DNA of 64,000 bases, from assembly GCA_965248195.1 (NCBI GenBank), contig CBDFIQ010000002.1, positions 352,001 through 416,000 of the forward strand, written 5' to 3'. How positions within the stretch are numbered: the stretch's first letter is position 1; every line of letters starts with the position of its first letter. The translations under genes were made by a program, and so were the position numbers. The notes under the pieces were generated by a model that was not told the DNA's origin, made no database searches, and saw only the letters and a program-made list of their open reading frames with translations. Below are positions 48,317-59,514 of this stretch, piece after piece. Source of the DNA: Longimicrobiales bacterium. Its GTDB lineage: Bacteria > Gemmatimonadota > Gemmatimonadetes > Longimicrobiales > Gaopeijiaceae.

Positions 48317-48663
48317 GCGTCGGCCTCCCGGAGGATCCGATCGATGTGACCCGACTCAGGGGACCAGCCATCCAGGTCCCAGTCGATCCGTCCACCCTGC
48401 GTGAAGCGCACACCCTCGTCCTCCAGCAAGGCGCGCTGAATCTGCGCCGCATGGTGTATCGAAGATGTGGAGATCCGACCGGAGCTGCTGATGACCCTCC
48501 ACCAGGGGACGTCGAGTTCTTCAGGGAGGGCGGAAAGGGCCCCGCCGACGGCGCGGGGTGCGTAGGGGCGTCCCAGAATAGCGGCGACCATCCCGTAGGA
48601 CAGGACAGAGCCCGAGGGAATGGCGGACACCAGGGCATACACCGATCGAGCAAAGGGCGTCAT
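48313..48663 (-). CDS. Alkyltransferase-like (ATL/MGMT family) protein
   Basis: IPSG.VLSYG.VA..PRAVG..VPWWRVI; Trp in place of the active-site Cys of PCHR. Confidence 0.9.
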   Translation of the reverse strand: MTPFARSVYALVSAIPSGSVLSYGMVAAILGRPYAPRAVGGALSALPEELDVPWWRVISSSGRISTSSIHHAAQIQRALLEDEGVRFTQGGRIDWDLDGWSPESGHIDRILREADA

Positions 48664-48871
48664 GGGTGTGGTGGCTGCACTGGCGTCGCTCCCGGGATGG
48701 GTTGACGGACACGAGAGCGGCAGTCGCAGCCATGCGCAACCCCTCACCCTTCGGTGCCCCCGGAGCCTGCCGTGGTTTTGCTCTTGCGAGTGGTCACCGT
48801 TCAGTTTACCCCTTGAAGAGGCGTGCCCCTGCGCCGTTTAATGCTAGCACCGTTGGCCTCGGGAGATACCC

Positions 48872-51400
48872 ATAACGGCTCGCTCTGGACTCGCTTCGCT
48901 CGCTTTGATAACGAGTTTTGCCCTCGGCTGCACGAGCAGCAGCGATCCGGGCGGCGGCGATCCCCCACCCCCGGCGCCGGTGGCGAGCATCACCGTCACG
49001 GCCGCACAGGCGACCGTGGTGGTTGGAGCGAGTGTGCAGATGTCGGCGAGCACGCTGGATGCGGCGGGCAACGCCCTGGCCGGACGCAGCGTGACCTGGA
49101 GCAGCTCCGACGCGGCCGTCGCCTCGGTCAGCGCTAGCGGGAGCGTGACCGGGCGATCGCCCGGTCCAGTGACGATCACGGCTACGTCCGAGGGACACAC
49201 CGGCTCGGAATCGATCACCATACTGACCGACGTCGCTTCGGTGGCCGTGACCCCTGACCCGGCCGAGGTGATTTCCGCCCTCAGCGTCCAGATCACAGCC
49301 ACCGCCCAGGCGGCCGACGCCAGCCCGTTGACCGGAAAGACGTTCACGTGGGCCACGGCCGATCCCTCCATCGCGACTGTCGACGTAAATGGGGTGGTGA
49401 CCGGGGGGACGCCGGGAGTCACCACCGTATCCGCGACCGCAGAGGGGATTACGGGAGAGGCCACCCTCAACGTGGTCACACCGCCACCGGTCCTGTTGGC
49501 GTCGGTCAACCCGGATCCGTTGATCGAGGGACAGCCGGCCAGCATCACGGGCGTAGGATTCAGCCCGAGCGCCGGTGAAAACACGGTTTTGGTGGACGGC
49601 GTGACGGCCCTCGTGACGCTGGCGACGTCCACGGCACTCAACATCGTGGTACCCGCCTTCGACTGTCGACCGACACGCTCGGTGGGCGTGCAGGTAACGG
49701 TGGCCGGGGAGTCCAGCAACGTCTCGAACGTGACCGCCTCACCTGCGAGCTTCCTGGACATGGCGCTGGGCGATCAGGTGATTCTCGAGAATCCCTCGGG
49801 CTTCTGCATGCAGTTCGATGAGAGCGCCGCGGCCGAGCGCTACATCTTCGGTGTGCAGTCGGTGTCGGAGGTGGCCGCGACGCTCACACCGGTCCGGGTG
49901 TCGTCCACCATTCCAGGGGCCGCCCCTGTGAGTCCTCAGCTGCCGAATCCTGCCCTGGCCATGAGCTCCGTCGGGCCGTCCCTCACCCCAACCGAGCTGC
50001 GGCGGGTGGAGAGGTGGAACCGGCATAGCGAGGCGGAGAGCGCCTTCTTCGATCGCTCGAACAGCGTTCTGAACCCGCTGCTGGCGTCCGGAGCATACCG
50101 ATTCCCGGCATCGGCGCCGGGCGGGCCGGCTCTGATCCCGGGCAACGTGATGGAGGGCACCGCCCTCACTGTAAAGTTCCCGGATTTCGGCAACGACAGT
50201 TGTGCAAACTCCCTCGACCTTCCGGTCATCGTAAGGAAGGTGAGCACCCGGGCTATCATCGTGGAGGACACACTCAACCCAGCCGACGGCTTCGTGGCCG
50301 CCGACTTCGACGCAATGGCGGCCGACTTCGACGGCACCATTTATGACGTAGACGTCGATTTCTTCGGGGAGCCGTCTGATATCGATAGCAACCAGCGCAT
50401 CGTGATCGTCGTCACGAAGGAAGTCAACAAACTGACGTCGCCGCCTCTGGCCTTCGTGTCCCACGCCCAGCTCTTCCCGGTCGCGACCTGCCCGGCCAGC
50501 AACGAGGGCGAGTACTACTGGACACGCGCGCCCGACCCCCTCGGCACGTACAACGCCGGTGAATACCTGCTTGCGGATGCGAGGCTCGACAACCGGGAGC
50601 TGCTCGCGCACGAGTTCGCACACATCATTCAGGGCTCCCGGCGCAAGGCCGTGGGCTCCTTCATGACGGCATTTAATGCCGAGGGCGGGGCGACGGCGGC
50701 TGAGGAGTTCGTCGGCTTCGCGTTCGAGGGCCGCAGCGACGGCATGAACTACGGGGCCGACGCGATCTACGTGAGTCGCGGCGCCGACCCGAACGGCTAC
50801 TACGGCTACATGGGCGACCTGATCGGGTACTTCGGGTACGACTTCACCACCAAAGTTTCGATCTCGGGGGCACCCGAACAGTGTACGTGGCTCGGGGTTG
50901 ACGGCGAGACCGGGCCGTGCGACTTCGCCACCCGTCTCCGCTATGGAGTTCCGTGGTCGCTGGTGCGGCATGGGATCGACCTGTATGGGGCGTCGCTCGG
51001 AGGTAGCCGTGGCGTGCACCGCGCGTTGGTCGACTACTCAGGCGCGGCCGGCTTCGCCGCCATAGAGACTGTCTTCGGCAAAACGATGGGCCAGATGATG
51101 GCGATCTGGGCGGCGATGTTATACGTCGACGACCGCTTCGTGGATCCGGCGCTCGCCATGTTCCAGTTCGCGAACTGGGACCTGAGGAGCCTGGAGGGCG
51201 CTTTTGCAGCGCCCGCTGCCCTGTCGCCGCGGGCTCGCGGCTTCGTGGATTTCCAGGACGACTTCAGCGTGCGGGCCGCCTCCAACGCCTTTTTCGAGAT
51301 CAGTGGTGGTGGGCGACCCGCTACGGCCGTCCGCATCCGGGATCAGAGTGGGAATCTCCTACCCGGTTTCTTCCAGGTCTGGATCGTGAGGGTCGAATGA
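48872..51400 (+). CDS. Lipoprotein with Ig-like domains and HExxH metallopeptidase domain
   Basis: Lipobox ALGC; two Big_2-like repeats (TWSSSDAAVASV, TWATADPSIATV); IPT-like domain; LAHEFAH..AEGGA. Start is ATA 48872 or TTG 48905. Confidence 0.85.
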   Translation: MTARSGLASLALITSFALGCTSSSDPGGGDPPPPAPVASITVTAAQATVVVGASVQMSASTLDAAGNALAGRSVTWSSSDAAVASVSASGSVTGRSPGPVTITATSEGHTGSESITILTDVASVAVTPDPAEVISALSVQITATAQAADASPLTGKTFTWATADPSIATVDVNGVVTGGTPGVTTVSATAEGITGEATLNVVTPPPVLLASVNPDPLIEGQPASITGVGFSPSAGENTVLVDGVTALVTLATSTALNIVVPAFDCRPTRSVGVQVTVAGESSNVSNVTASPASFLDMALGDQVILENPSGFCMQFDESAAAERYIFGVQSVSEVAATLTPVRVSSTIPGAAPVSPQLPNPALAMSSVGPSLTPTELRRVERWNRHSEAESAFFDRSNSVLNPLLASGAYRFPASAPGGPALIPGNVMEGTALTVKFPDFGNDSCANSLDLPVIVRKVSTRAIIVEDTLNPADGFVAADFDAMAADFDGTIYDVDVDFFGEPSDIDSNQRIVIVVTKEVNKLTSPPLAFVSHAQLFPVATCPASNEGEYYWTRAPDPLGTYNAGEYLLADARLDNRELLAHEFAHIIQGSRRKAVGSFMTAFNAEGGATAAEEFVGFAFEGRSDGMNYGADAIYVSRGADPNGYYGYMGDLIGYFGYDFTTKVSISGAPEQCTWLGVDGETGPCDFATRLRYGVPWSLVRHGIDLYGASLGGSRGVHRALVDYSGAAGFAAIETVFGKTMGQMMAIWAAMLYVDDRFVDPALAMFQFANWDLRSLEGAFAAPAALSPRARGFVDFQDDFSVRAASNAFFEISGGGRPATAVRIRDQSGNLLPGFFQVWIVRVE

Positions 51401-51996
51401 TGAAGAGCATCTCAAGGCTTGGCGTGTTGGTGCTGGTGTGCGCGATCCTGGCCTCGTGCGGAGGTGCGTCCGAAGACGCAGCGCCGGCCGCGGCCAGTGC
51501 AGACCGAGGTGAAGCCGCAGAACCTGCGGAGGGAGGCACCGACACCGCGACGGAAGGCGGCGGGGAAGCTCCGGAGGGGACTTCCTTGCTCGAGTTCACC
51601 GGACCGGTCACCTCCACGGGCACCGAGGGGATGCGAATGGTGACCCTCCGTGCGGACGATGGGAGCGCCGTAGGACTTGTCGGTGACCTGGCCGCCGAGC
51701 TCGCGAGGCTCTCGGGTGCGGTGGTGACGGTTCGTGGAAACGACGCCCCCGCGCCCGCAGACCGCGGGTTGGAGGTCACGGAATACGAGGTGGTCAGTGT
51801 GAACGGCGAGACGCCGAGCGTAGGTGTGCTCGAGAGACGTGACGGTGTGTACTGGCTCGGAGGCGATCCGGGCATCCACCTCATGGGCGTCCCGGACGCG
51901 TTGGCGCAGGCGGTCGGGGCCAAGGTCTGGGTGACCGGGTCCTCGGGCCCCGACGGTTTGACGGTTCAGTCTTACGGGATCATCCGGCCGAACTGA
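51397..51996 (+). CDS. Hypothetical lipoprotein
   Basis: Lipobox LASC, A/E/G-rich linker, two short beta-rich modules; ATGA overlap with the upstream gene. Confidence 0.8.
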   Translation: MMKSISRLGVLVLVCAILASCGGASEDAAPAAASADRGEAAEPAEGGTDTATEGGGEAPEGTSLLEFTGPVTSTGTEGMRMVTLRADDGSAVGLVGDLAAELARLSGAVVTVRGNDAPAPADRGLEVTEYEVVSVNGETPSVGVLERRDGVYWLGGDPGIHLMGVPDALAQAVGAKVWVTGSSGPDGLTVQSYGIIRPN

Positions 51997-52090
51997 GCCT
52001 CCCGTACCACGGGCAGCGCGGAAGAGCCGCTCAGAGCTTACGAAGCCGGGTTTGCCGGAGGCGGAGCCCGGAAACGGAGAAATCTGAACG

Positions 52091-53047
52091 ATGGCGCACC
52101 TGCACAGATCGGTATTTGGCCAGGGCCGCACCGATAGGCGAGGGCCCGCGGCCTATGGGCCCCCGGATGCGGGTGTCGCGCTTGACCGTCGTGCCCAATC
52201 GAAACGCCTGTGGATCGTACTGGGCCTCACCGCTGCGTTCATGGTGGCGGAGGTGGTCGGTGGCATTCTCTCGAACTCGCTGGCGCTTCTGGCCGACTCG
52301 GGGCACATGCTCGCCGATGTGGGGGCGCTGGCTCTCTCCCTGATCGCGATGCGGCTGGCGCTGCATCCGCCCAGCGCCGAGCGTACGTTCGGGTACGTCC
52401 GTATGGAGATTCTGGCGGCGCTGGTGAACGGGGCGACGCTCCTTCTCATTAGCGGGTGGATCGTCTGGGAGGCCTGGGGACGGCTCAGCGCCCCACAGGA
52501 GGTCGACGGGCCACTCATGATGGCGGTGGCGGGAGTAGGGTTGATCGTCAATGTGGTCGGGGCTGGACTGCTGCATTCGCACGCCGACGAAAACCTCAAC
52601 GTGCGGGGCGCCTATCTGCATGTCCTGGGCGATCTACTCGGGTCCATCGGCGCCTTGGGAGCGGGCACGCTGATCCTCCTGACGGGTTGGACGCCCGCCG
52701 ACGCGATCGTTTCCATCCTCATTGCCGGCCTGATCCTGCTGGGTGCCTGGCGTTTGGTGAAGGAGGCGACGGGCGTGCTCCTCGAGATGGTGCCGCCCCA
52801 CGTGGACATGGAGGGCGTACTCGAGGACCTCCAGTCCATCCCCAACGTGCACAACGTTCATGATCTACACGTGTGGACGCTCACGAGCGGCTTCGTAGCG
52901 CTCAGCGGGCACGGCGTTTTGGACGACCCGACCCATCACCAGCGGGTTCTCGATGAGATCCGAGCCCGGATGGGGCTGCGCGGCATCGGGCATGTCACGT
53001 TCCAACTGGAACCCGAGCGATTGCACCAGATCGTGCGTCCAGATTGA
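52091..53047 (+). CDS. Cation diffusion facilitator (CzcD/ZitB-like)
   Basis: SLALLADSGHMLAD, TFGYVRMEILAALVN, NVRGAYLHVLGDLLGS, VHDLHVW. Confidence 0.95.
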   Translation: MAHLHRSVFGQGRTDRRGPAAYGPPDAGVALDRRAQSKRLWIVLGLTAAFMVAEVVGGILSNSLALLADSGHMLADVGALALSLIAMRLALHPPSAERTFGYVRMEILAALVNGATLLLISGWIVWEAWGRLSAPQEVDGPLMMAVAGVGLIVNVVGAGLLHSHADENLNVRGAYLHVLGDLLGSIGALGAGTLILLTGWTPADAIVSILIAGLILLGAWRLVKEATGVLLEMVPPHVDMEGVLEDLQSIPNVHNVHDLHVWTLTSGFVALSGHGVLDDPTHHQRVLDEIRARMGLRGIGHVTFQLEPERLHQIVRPD

Positions 53048-53351
53048 GCTCCGGTTGCCTGCGGCAATCCTCGCTCGGCTCGGCGGTCAACACGCTCGCC
53101 CGCTCTGCGGAAATCGTCCAGGCGCCTCGGCTAGACGGGGGACGGAGTCAGATGAGGGTTCCGGGCATCACGCGAAATACCTGGAAGTCGTGTCAAGCAT
53201 TGGAATCGCGGCTCGATCTCACCTGAACATAGGGTCCCGGTTACACCAATTCTAGAATGAGTCGCGGTACGCTTGTATGTTCTCTCATGTACTTCGCCCA
53301 TCGGCGGCGGTCCAGCCTCTTGGGGACGCACCACCATGGCAGGAGACGTTC

Positions 53352-53849
53352 GTGCAAGACGTTGATCGGCTCGTAGATCCGGCGACAGGCCTCTCCAGTG
53401 AATGGCATTTCGAGATCATCCTGGATTTCGTTTTTCCCATCGCCCACCGGGGGGTGACGCTGACCCTGGTCTTGTTCCGGATCGATGAAGGGAAATGGGC
53501 TGTCGACCACCCGAAGCCGGACCAGGTCATAACTGATTTGGGCTCCTCGCTCAGAGGCGTTACGCGGAGCAGCGACCTCATCGCCCGCTTCGGCGAAGAC
53601 ATGTTTGTTTGCCTGCTTCCGCTGTGTAACCTCCAGGGAGGACTGGTTTTCGCGGATCGCATGCGGGATGCGCTGGAAGACTTCACCGAGCGCACGGGGA
53701 CGACCGTGAGCGCCGCGGTTGCCACTCATCGGGGGGACGCCGAAGGGACGACACGTGACATGCTGATGGTGCTCAAGGGAGCCCTGGTGGCGGCCCAGTC
53801 CGGAGGCGGTGACCGAGTCGAAATCCCCGTCGATGGTTGGAACGTCTGA
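53352..53849 (+). CDS. Stand-alone degenerate GGDEF-domain protein
   Basis: DPATGL..RSSDLIARFGEDMF..TVSAAVA..GGDRV; GTG start behind AGGAG. Confidence 0.78.
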   Translation: MQDVDRLVDPATGLSSEWHFEIILDFVFPIAHRGVTLTLVLFRIDEGKWAVDHPKPDQVITDLGSSLRGVTRSSDLIARFGEDMFVCLLPLCNLQGGLVFADRMRDALEDFTERTGTTVSAAVATHRGDAEGTTRDMLMVLKGALVAAQSGGGDRVEIPVDGWNV

Positions 53850-53862
53850 GAAGTCCCCACGC

Positions 53863-55071
53863 ATGAGTCCCTTCCGCGCGGCGCTCATCGGTGTGATCGG
53901 CATGAGCGCGACTGGATCCCCGCCTTTGGCTGCGCAGGCCGTGGGCGACCCATTCGATGGGGCTTACGAGCGGCTCCGCCGTGGCCCGGACCATTTGGCG
54001 GATGTCGCCACGGGCCGGCTGGAGCTCACACGTACGAATCAGGACGGATTGGTCCACAGATATGTGGTGATCGTCCCCGAGAGCTACGATGCCTCCCGTC
54101 GTTATCCGGTGGCGTTCTACCTTCATGGGGGCGTGGGGCGGCCGGATCCTGGGCCCGGGGGCGGGTGGTGGCGGAATTATGACGTCGTGACGGGTCATGA
54201 CCGCATTGCGGTGCTTCCGCTCTCGTGGCCCGAATCGTTATGGTGGCAGGCGAGCCAGGTAGAGAATCTTCGAGGCATCCTTTCGGACCTGAAAGGCACC
54301 TATAACGTGGACGAGAACCGGGTCTACTTGTTCGGGAGCTCGGACGGCGGCACCGGTGTGTACTTTTTGGGCTTCCGGGACGTGACGCCCTGGGCCGCCT
54401 TCCTTCCCTTCATCGGCTATCCCGGCGTGTTATTGAGTACCCAAACCGGGACGGACGGACAGATGCACCTGGCGAACCTCACCAACAAACCCCTCTTCAT
54501 CGTGAGTGGGGAGACGGATCGGCTGTACCCGGCCCGTCTCATGGAGCCTTTTCTCGCGGCTTTCCGGAGCGCAGGCGTAGATTTCGTCTTCACCACGAAG
54601 CCCGGGGGCCACAACACGAGATGGTGGCCCGAAGAGACGGAGAACATAGAGCGCTTCATCGAAGCCCATCCTCGCGATCCGCACCCGGATCGGGTCCTCT
54701 GGGCGACCGAGCGTACGGATCGCTACAACCGCGCGCACTGGGTGGTGATCGATGAGTTGGGCCCCATCTCAGGAGACGATGGACGCCGGGCTCTGGCGGC
54801 GCTTACGTCCGACGGACTCGCCGGCGCCGTGGACGCTGTCCGAGACGGTAATACGGTGACCGTGGATGCGTATCATGTCCGGCGGTTTACCGTGTTGATC
54901 TCGCCTGATGCTTTCGACATGCGAAGTCCGATCCGCGTGATCGCCAACGGTGAGGTGGCGTTCGAGGGATTGGTACGGCCCAGCGTGGAGACGTTGAGGA
55001 AATGGGCCGCGAGCGATCAAGACCGAAGCATGCTATACGCCGCTGAAGTCACCGTCGAACTGGAGCCCTGA
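53863..55071 (+). CDS. Exported alpha/beta-hydrolase (esterase/depolymerase-like)
   Basis: [46 protein letters not shown]. Confidence 0.82.
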   Translation: MSPFRAALIGVIGMSATGSPPLAAQAVGDPFDGAYERLRRGPDHLADVATGRLELTRTNQDGLVHRYVVIVPESYDASRRYPVAFYLHGGVGRPDPGPGGGWWRNYDVVTGHDRIAVLPLSWPESLWWQASQVENLRGILSDLKGTYNVDENRVYLFGSSDGGTGVYFLGFRDVTPWAAFLPFIGYPGVLLSTQTGTDGQMHLANLTNKPLFIVSGETDRLYPARLMEPFLAAFRSAGVDFVFTTKPGGHNTRWWPEETENIERFIEAHPRDPHPDRVLWATERTDRYNRAHWVVIDELGPISGDDGRRALAALTSDGLAGAVDAVRDGNTVTVDAYHVRRFTVLISPDAFDMRSPIRVIANGEVAFEGLVRPSVETLRKWAASDQDRSMLYAAEVTVELEP

Positions 55072-55073
55072 CA

Positions 55074-56063
55074 ATGAGCTTTCCGAGGGTCCGACTCCGG
55101 CGGTTTCGTAGGGGTGAGACGTGGCGTCGCGCCGTTCGGGAGACCTCCCTCGCCGCGGACGACCTGGTCTATCCGCTCTTCGTCGTCGGGGGTGAGGGAG
55201 TCCGGAATCCGGTGGCCAGCATGCCCGGCGTATTTCAGTTGTCCGTGGATCTCATCGTGGAAGAGGCGCGGGAGGTCCACACCCTGGGCATCCCGGCGGT
55301 GATCATGTTCGGTGTCCTGGATGAGGGTGAAAAGGATGCGGAGGGCTCGGCCGGGTACGACCCGGATGGTTTGGTGCCTACCGCGATCCGGGCGATCAAG
55401 AAGGCCGTTCCGGACCTCCTGGTGTGGGCGGATGTGTGCCTGTGCGAGTACACGGATCACGGGCATTGTGGTCTGCTCGCCGAAGACGGGGAGGTGGATG
55501 GCGACGCGAGTCTTCCACTCCTGGCCCGGGCCGCCGTGGCGTACGCCGAGGCAGGGGCCGACGCGGTCGCGCCCAGCGATATGATGGACGGACGGGTGGG
55601 GGCGATCCGGACGGCTTTGGACGATGCCGATCTCGGAGACGTGCCCATCGTCTCGTATGCCGCCAAGTATGCTTCGGCCTTCTACGGCCCCTTCCGCGAC
55701 GTAGCCCACTCGGCTCCGGCCTCCGGAGACCGCAAGGGATACCAAATGGACCCGGCCAACGCCGACGAGGCGCTGCGTGAGGTGGAGTTGGACATAGAAG
55801 AGGGAGCGGACATGGTCATGGTGAAGCCCGCGGGGCCTTATCTCGATGTCATTTTCCGGGTGAAAGAAACGTTCGGGATGCCTACGGCTGCCTACCAGGT
55901 CTCCGGCGAGTACGCGCTGATGAAGGCGGCTGCCGACAAGGGTTGGGTGGACGAGGAGCGCGTCATGATGGAGAGTTTGATCGCCATCAAGAGGGCCGGC
56001 GCCGACCTCATTCTCACCTACTACGCGAAGGACGCGGCGCGGGTGCTCGGAGGGACGTCCTGA
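55074..56063 (+). CDS. hemB: Porphobilinogen synthase (Zn-type)
   Basis: [45 protein letters not shown]. Confidence 0.98.
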   Translation: MSFPRVRLRRFRRGETWRRAVRETSLAADDLVYPLFVVGGEGVRNPVASMPGVFQLSVDLIVEEAREVHTLGIPAVIMFGVLDEGEKDAEGSAGYDPDGLVPTAIRAIKKAVPDLLVWADVCLCEYTDHGHCGLLAEDGEVDGDASLPLLARAAVAYAEAGADAVAPSDMMDGRVGAIRTALDDADLGDVPIVSYAAKYASAFYGPFRDVAHSAPASGDRKGYQMDPANADEALREVELDIEEGADMVMVKPAGPYLDVIFRVKETFGMPTAAYQVSGEYALMKAAADKGWVDEERVMMESLIAIKRAGADLILTYYAKDAARVLGGTS

Positions 56064-56084
56064 GCGTGAGGGGAAGGCCGCAGC

Positions 56085-57167
56085 GTGAGCGGTGAGGTCG
56101 CCGGGGCTCGGCCCGCCGAGACGGATCCGTCGGCCGCGTCCACTGCGTCCCCGTTCCTGGCGGCATGCCGGTGTGAACCGGTCGCGCGCACTCCGGTGTG
56201 GATCATGCGCCAGGCAGGGCGTTATCTACCGGAGTATAGGAAAATAAGGGCAAAGGTGGATTTCCTGACCCTCACGAAAACGCCGGAGTTGGCCGTAGAG
56301 GTCACACTTCAACCCGTCCGTCGCTTCGGGATGGACGCGGCGATTCTCTTCAGCGATATCATGACCCCGGTGGAGGGCATGGGCGTCAAGCTGGATTTCT
56401 CGCCCGGACCGGTCATCGAGACTCCTATCCGGAGCCTCGATCAGGTGGAGGCGCTTCGCATCCCCGATCCGGAAGAAAGCGTGCCCTTCGTGCTGGAGAC
56501 GGTGCGTTTGCTAAGCGAGGAGCTTCCGGCCTCGGCCCCTCTCATCGGTTTTGCCGGGGCGCCGTTCACACTCTTCTGCTATCTGGTGCAAGGAGGGGGG
56601 TCGAAGACCTTCTCGGAAGCCAAGGCCTTTCTGTTCGCAGAGCCCGAGGCGTCGCACAAGCTCCTGGAAAAGCTGGCCGCCACCATGGCTCGGTATCTCG
56701 AGGCGCAGGCCCGTGCGGGTGCCAAGGCGCTGATGATATTCGATTCGTGGGCGGGCCTGCTCGGGCCGGAGCAGTACCGGGAGTTCGCCTTCCCGGCGGT
56801 CCGGCGGGTGATCGAGGCGCTCCGTCCCCTGGACGTGCCGCTCATCTACTTTCCGAACCAGGGGGCGACGCTACTGGGCACCGTAGCGGAGTGCAGTGCC
56901 GACGTGGTGGGGATCGACTGGCGGCTCCCGCTCTCCGACGCCCGCCGGATCCTGGGACCCGACACCGCCGTGCAGGGCAACCTGGATCCGACGGCGCTAT
57001 TCGCGCCACGGGACGAGCTCGGCCGTCAGATCGATCGAGTGCTGGAGGACGCGGGCTCGGCGCCGGGCCACATCTTCAACTTGGGCCATGGGATCGAGAG
57101 AGCGACGGATCCCGATGCGGTTGCATTTCTGGTCGATCGAGTGCGGGAGGCGTCGGGGCGGGGCTGA
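56085..57167 (+). CDS. hemE: Uroporphyrinogen decarboxylase
   Basis: PVWIMRQAGRYLPEY, AAILFSDI, IGFAGAPFT, QGNLDP, IFNLGHG. Confidence 0.98.
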   Translation: MSGEVAGARPAETDPSAASTASPFLAACRCEPVARTPVWIMRQAGRYLPEYRKIRAKVDFLTLTKTPELAVEVTLQPVRRFGMDAAILFSDIMTPVEGMGVKLDFSPGPVIETPIRSLDQVEALRIPDPEESVPFVLETVRLLSEELPASAPLIGFAGAPFTLFCYLVQGGGSKTFSEAKAFLFAEPEASHKLLEKLAATMARYLEAQARAGAKALMIFDSWAGLLGPEQYREFAFPAVRRVIEALRPLDVPLIYFPNQGATLLGTVAECSADVVGIDWRLPLSDARRILGPDTAVQGNLDPTALFAPRDELGRQIDRVLEDAGSAPGHIFNLGHGIERATDPDAVAFLVDRVREASGRG

Positions 57168-57284
57168 CGGAACCCCACCTGAAACCTCTGACTTACATGG
57201 GGTATGGAGTTGCTCGGCTGCCCGGTCGAGGGGGGAGCGCCGACTAATGACGGACCGGGCGGCGAAGGCGAGAACGGAGGACGG

Positions 57285-58616
57285 ATGCCGGATCATCGAC
57301 TGAGAATTTATGACTCGATGGAGGATCTGCTCCCCGATGTGGATAATCCGACACCGCTCGTTCGGATCAATCGGGTGGTTCCGTTTCAGCATGCGCGCGT
57401 CTACGGGAAGCTCGAGTGGTACAACCCGTTCGGCGCCGTCAAGGATCGGATCGCGGCGAATCTGATTGCCGAGGCCGAGGAGCGGGGTGTGCTCGAGGAT
57501 GGCCAGAAGTTGGTCGAGCCCACTTCCGGGAACACCGGGATGGGCTTGGCCATGATCGCCAACGTGAAGGGGTACTCGCTGACCACCCCCCTGTCCTCGG
57601 CGATCCCCCTCGAGAAGCGGATCATGTTGCGGTTCTTCGGCGCCGAGGTTCTCGAACTGGACGACGACCTGTGCCCCGCGCCGGGCGCACCCGAGGGGGC
57701 CATCGCCAAGGCACACGAACTCGGTGACCAGCCCGATTTCCACATGCTCGACCAGTACACGAACCAGGCGAATCCTGGGGCGCACTACAAGACCACGGGC
57801 CCGGAAATCTGGAAACAGACAGAGGGGAAGGTCACACACTTCGTCGCCGGGCTGGGCACGTGTGGTACCATCACGGGCACGGGGCGCTTCCTCAAGGAGC
57901 AAGACCCCGAGATCAAGGTGCTGGGGGTGCATCCGCAAGAGGGACACGACATTCCCGGCGTGCGGAGTATTCGCCAACTTCAGCAGACAGCCCTGTTTCG
58001 CCCAGACGAGTATGACGATTTGGTCGAGGTCGACGACGACGAGGCCTTCAGCCTGTGCCGCCGACTCAATCGAGAGGACAGCATCATCGCGGGGCCGAGC
58101 TCGGCCATGGCGCTGGCCGGTGCGCTTCGCCTGGTGCCGGACGAAGCCGGCGTGATCGCGGTGGTGATTTTCCCCGACAACGCCTTCAAGTACGCCTCGT
58201 CGATGGTCAGGCACATTCCGGATCTTCGGTCGACGGGGGGGGAGAGCCCCCGTGAACGCATGATGGACGCGCTCGTCGAAAACGTGCGGGGCACGCCGGC
58301 GCTCACCATCGACGTCGAGCCGGCCCACGAAATGATCGAGGCTGGAAGCCCCTTTGTCGTAGACGTGCGTGAGTACGATGAGTTTACAGGTGGCCATATT
58401 CCCGAGGCAGTGAATATGCCCCTTCAGGAAATGAGCGACTACGCAGCTCATCTCCCCGAAGACCACGAAGCTCCAATTTTAGTCGTCTGTGAGACCGGAA
58501 ACCGGTCGCTGTCGGGCGCGCTCTTCCTGGCCTCCCTCGGGTACGGCGATGTGCGCAGTATCAACGGCGGAACCTCGGGCTGGCGGGGCATGGGCTTCGA
58601 CGTTTCGGACGATTGA
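57285..58616 (+). CDS. PLP-dependent cysteine synthase family protein fused to C-terminal rhodanese domain
   Basis: KLEWYNPFGAVKDR, EPTSGNTG, GLGTCGT; DVREYDEFTGGHIPEA..VCETGNRS; GGAGG RBS before ATG 57285. Confidence 0.92.
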   Translation: MPDHRLRIYDSMEDLLPDVDNPTPLVRINRVVPFQHARVYGKLEWYNPFGAVKDRIAANLIAEAEERGVLEDGQKLVEPTSGNTGMGLAMIANVKGYSLTTPLSSAIPLEKRIMLRFFGAEVLELDDDLCPAPGAPEGAIAKAHELGDQPDFHMLDQYTNQANPGAHYKTTGPEIWKQTEGKVTHFVAGLGTCGTITGTGRFLKEQDPEIKVLGVHPQEGHDIPGVRSIRQLQQTALFRPDEYDDLVEVDDDEAFSLCRRLNREDSIIAGPSSAMALAGALRLVPDEAGVIAVVIFPDNAFKYASSMVRHIPDLRSTGGESPRERMMDALVENVRGTPALTIDVEPAHEMIEAGSPFVVDVREYDEFTGGHIPEAVNMPLQEMSDYAAHLPEDHEAPILVVCETGNRSLSGALFLASLGYGDVRSINGGTSGWRGMGFDVSDD

Positions 58617-58691
58617 TACCTGATTGGAGGCTACGCGGCCTGCCGGTGGCGGTCGGTGCCGCGCCGACACTCAACGAATCGAGGGGCAACG

Positions 58692-59435
58692 ATGCTTTTT
58701 CGCCAATATCTGGATAGAGAACCTGTGATCGCCGTTTCCTATCTTCTCGGATGTCCGACGAAGGGAATCGGGGCAGTGGTCGATCCCATCGGAGACATCG
58801 GGCGTTATCTCAAGGAGTCCGAGGAGGGGAAGGTGCCGATCCGCTACGTGATCGACACTCATATACACGCCGATCATATCTCGAACGGCCGTGAGCTCGC
58901 CGAGGCGGCTGGAGCCGAATATGTAGTCCTCGCCGGTACGGAGACGAGCTATTCGTTCAGGGGCGTCGAGGAGGGTGAAGTCCTGGAAATGGGGAACACT
59001 CACCTGGAGGTGCTCCATACGCCCGGGCATACACCGGAGCACATCTCCTTGGTGGTGACGGACCATGCGCGAGCGGACGAGCCATGGCTGGTATTGACGG
59101 GCCACACCCTCATGGTGAGTGACATGGGTCGCACAGAGTTGGCGAGCTCGGCCGAGGAGGGGGCGAGGGCCCTTTTCCGAAGCGCGGAGAAGCTACGGAG
59201 ACTGCCCACCCATCTCGGGGTGTTCCCCGGGGCGTTCTCTGGGTCGGTGTGCGGTCGCGGGCTCAGCGGGAACCCGAGTTCGACCATCGGCTTCGAGCGC
59301 CGTCACAACCGGGCGTTCGCGCTCGAGAACGAGGAAGACTTCGTCCGGTTCATGCTCGAGGAGATCCCCGTTCCGCCGCTCGACGCCGCGCGAATACGGG
59401 CGACGAACCTCGGACTCGAGCCTGCTGGAGTGTGA
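58692..59435 (+). CDS. MBL-fold metallohydrolase (persulfide dioxygenase/CstB N-domain-like)
   Basis: DTHIHADHIS, HTPGHTPEH, GSVCGRGL..SSTIGFERRHN. Confidence 0.88.
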   Translation: MLFRQYLDREPVIAVSYLLGCPTKGIGAVVDPIGDIGRYLKESEEGKVPIRYVIDTHIHADHISNGRELAEAAGAEYVVLAGTETSYSFRGVEEGEVLEMGNTHLEVLHTPGHTPEHISLVVTDHARADEPWLVLTGHTLMVSDMGRTELASSAEEGARALFRSAEKLRRLPTHLGVFPGAFSGSVCGRGLSGNPSSTIGFERRHNRAFALENEEDFVRFMLEEIPVPPLDAARIRATNLGLEPAGV

Positions 59436-59514
59436 GGGGTCCCAAGCATCTCCCGCCCGTCTCCGGCTTCCCCGCGGGTATGACGCACCTCTGGGTGGAT
59501 CGCGCACGCGCCTA

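Noticed and set aside
57285..59435. Selenocysteine readthrough in the sulfur module
   Set aside because: The frames are open with ordinary Cys codons and have no in-frame TGA.
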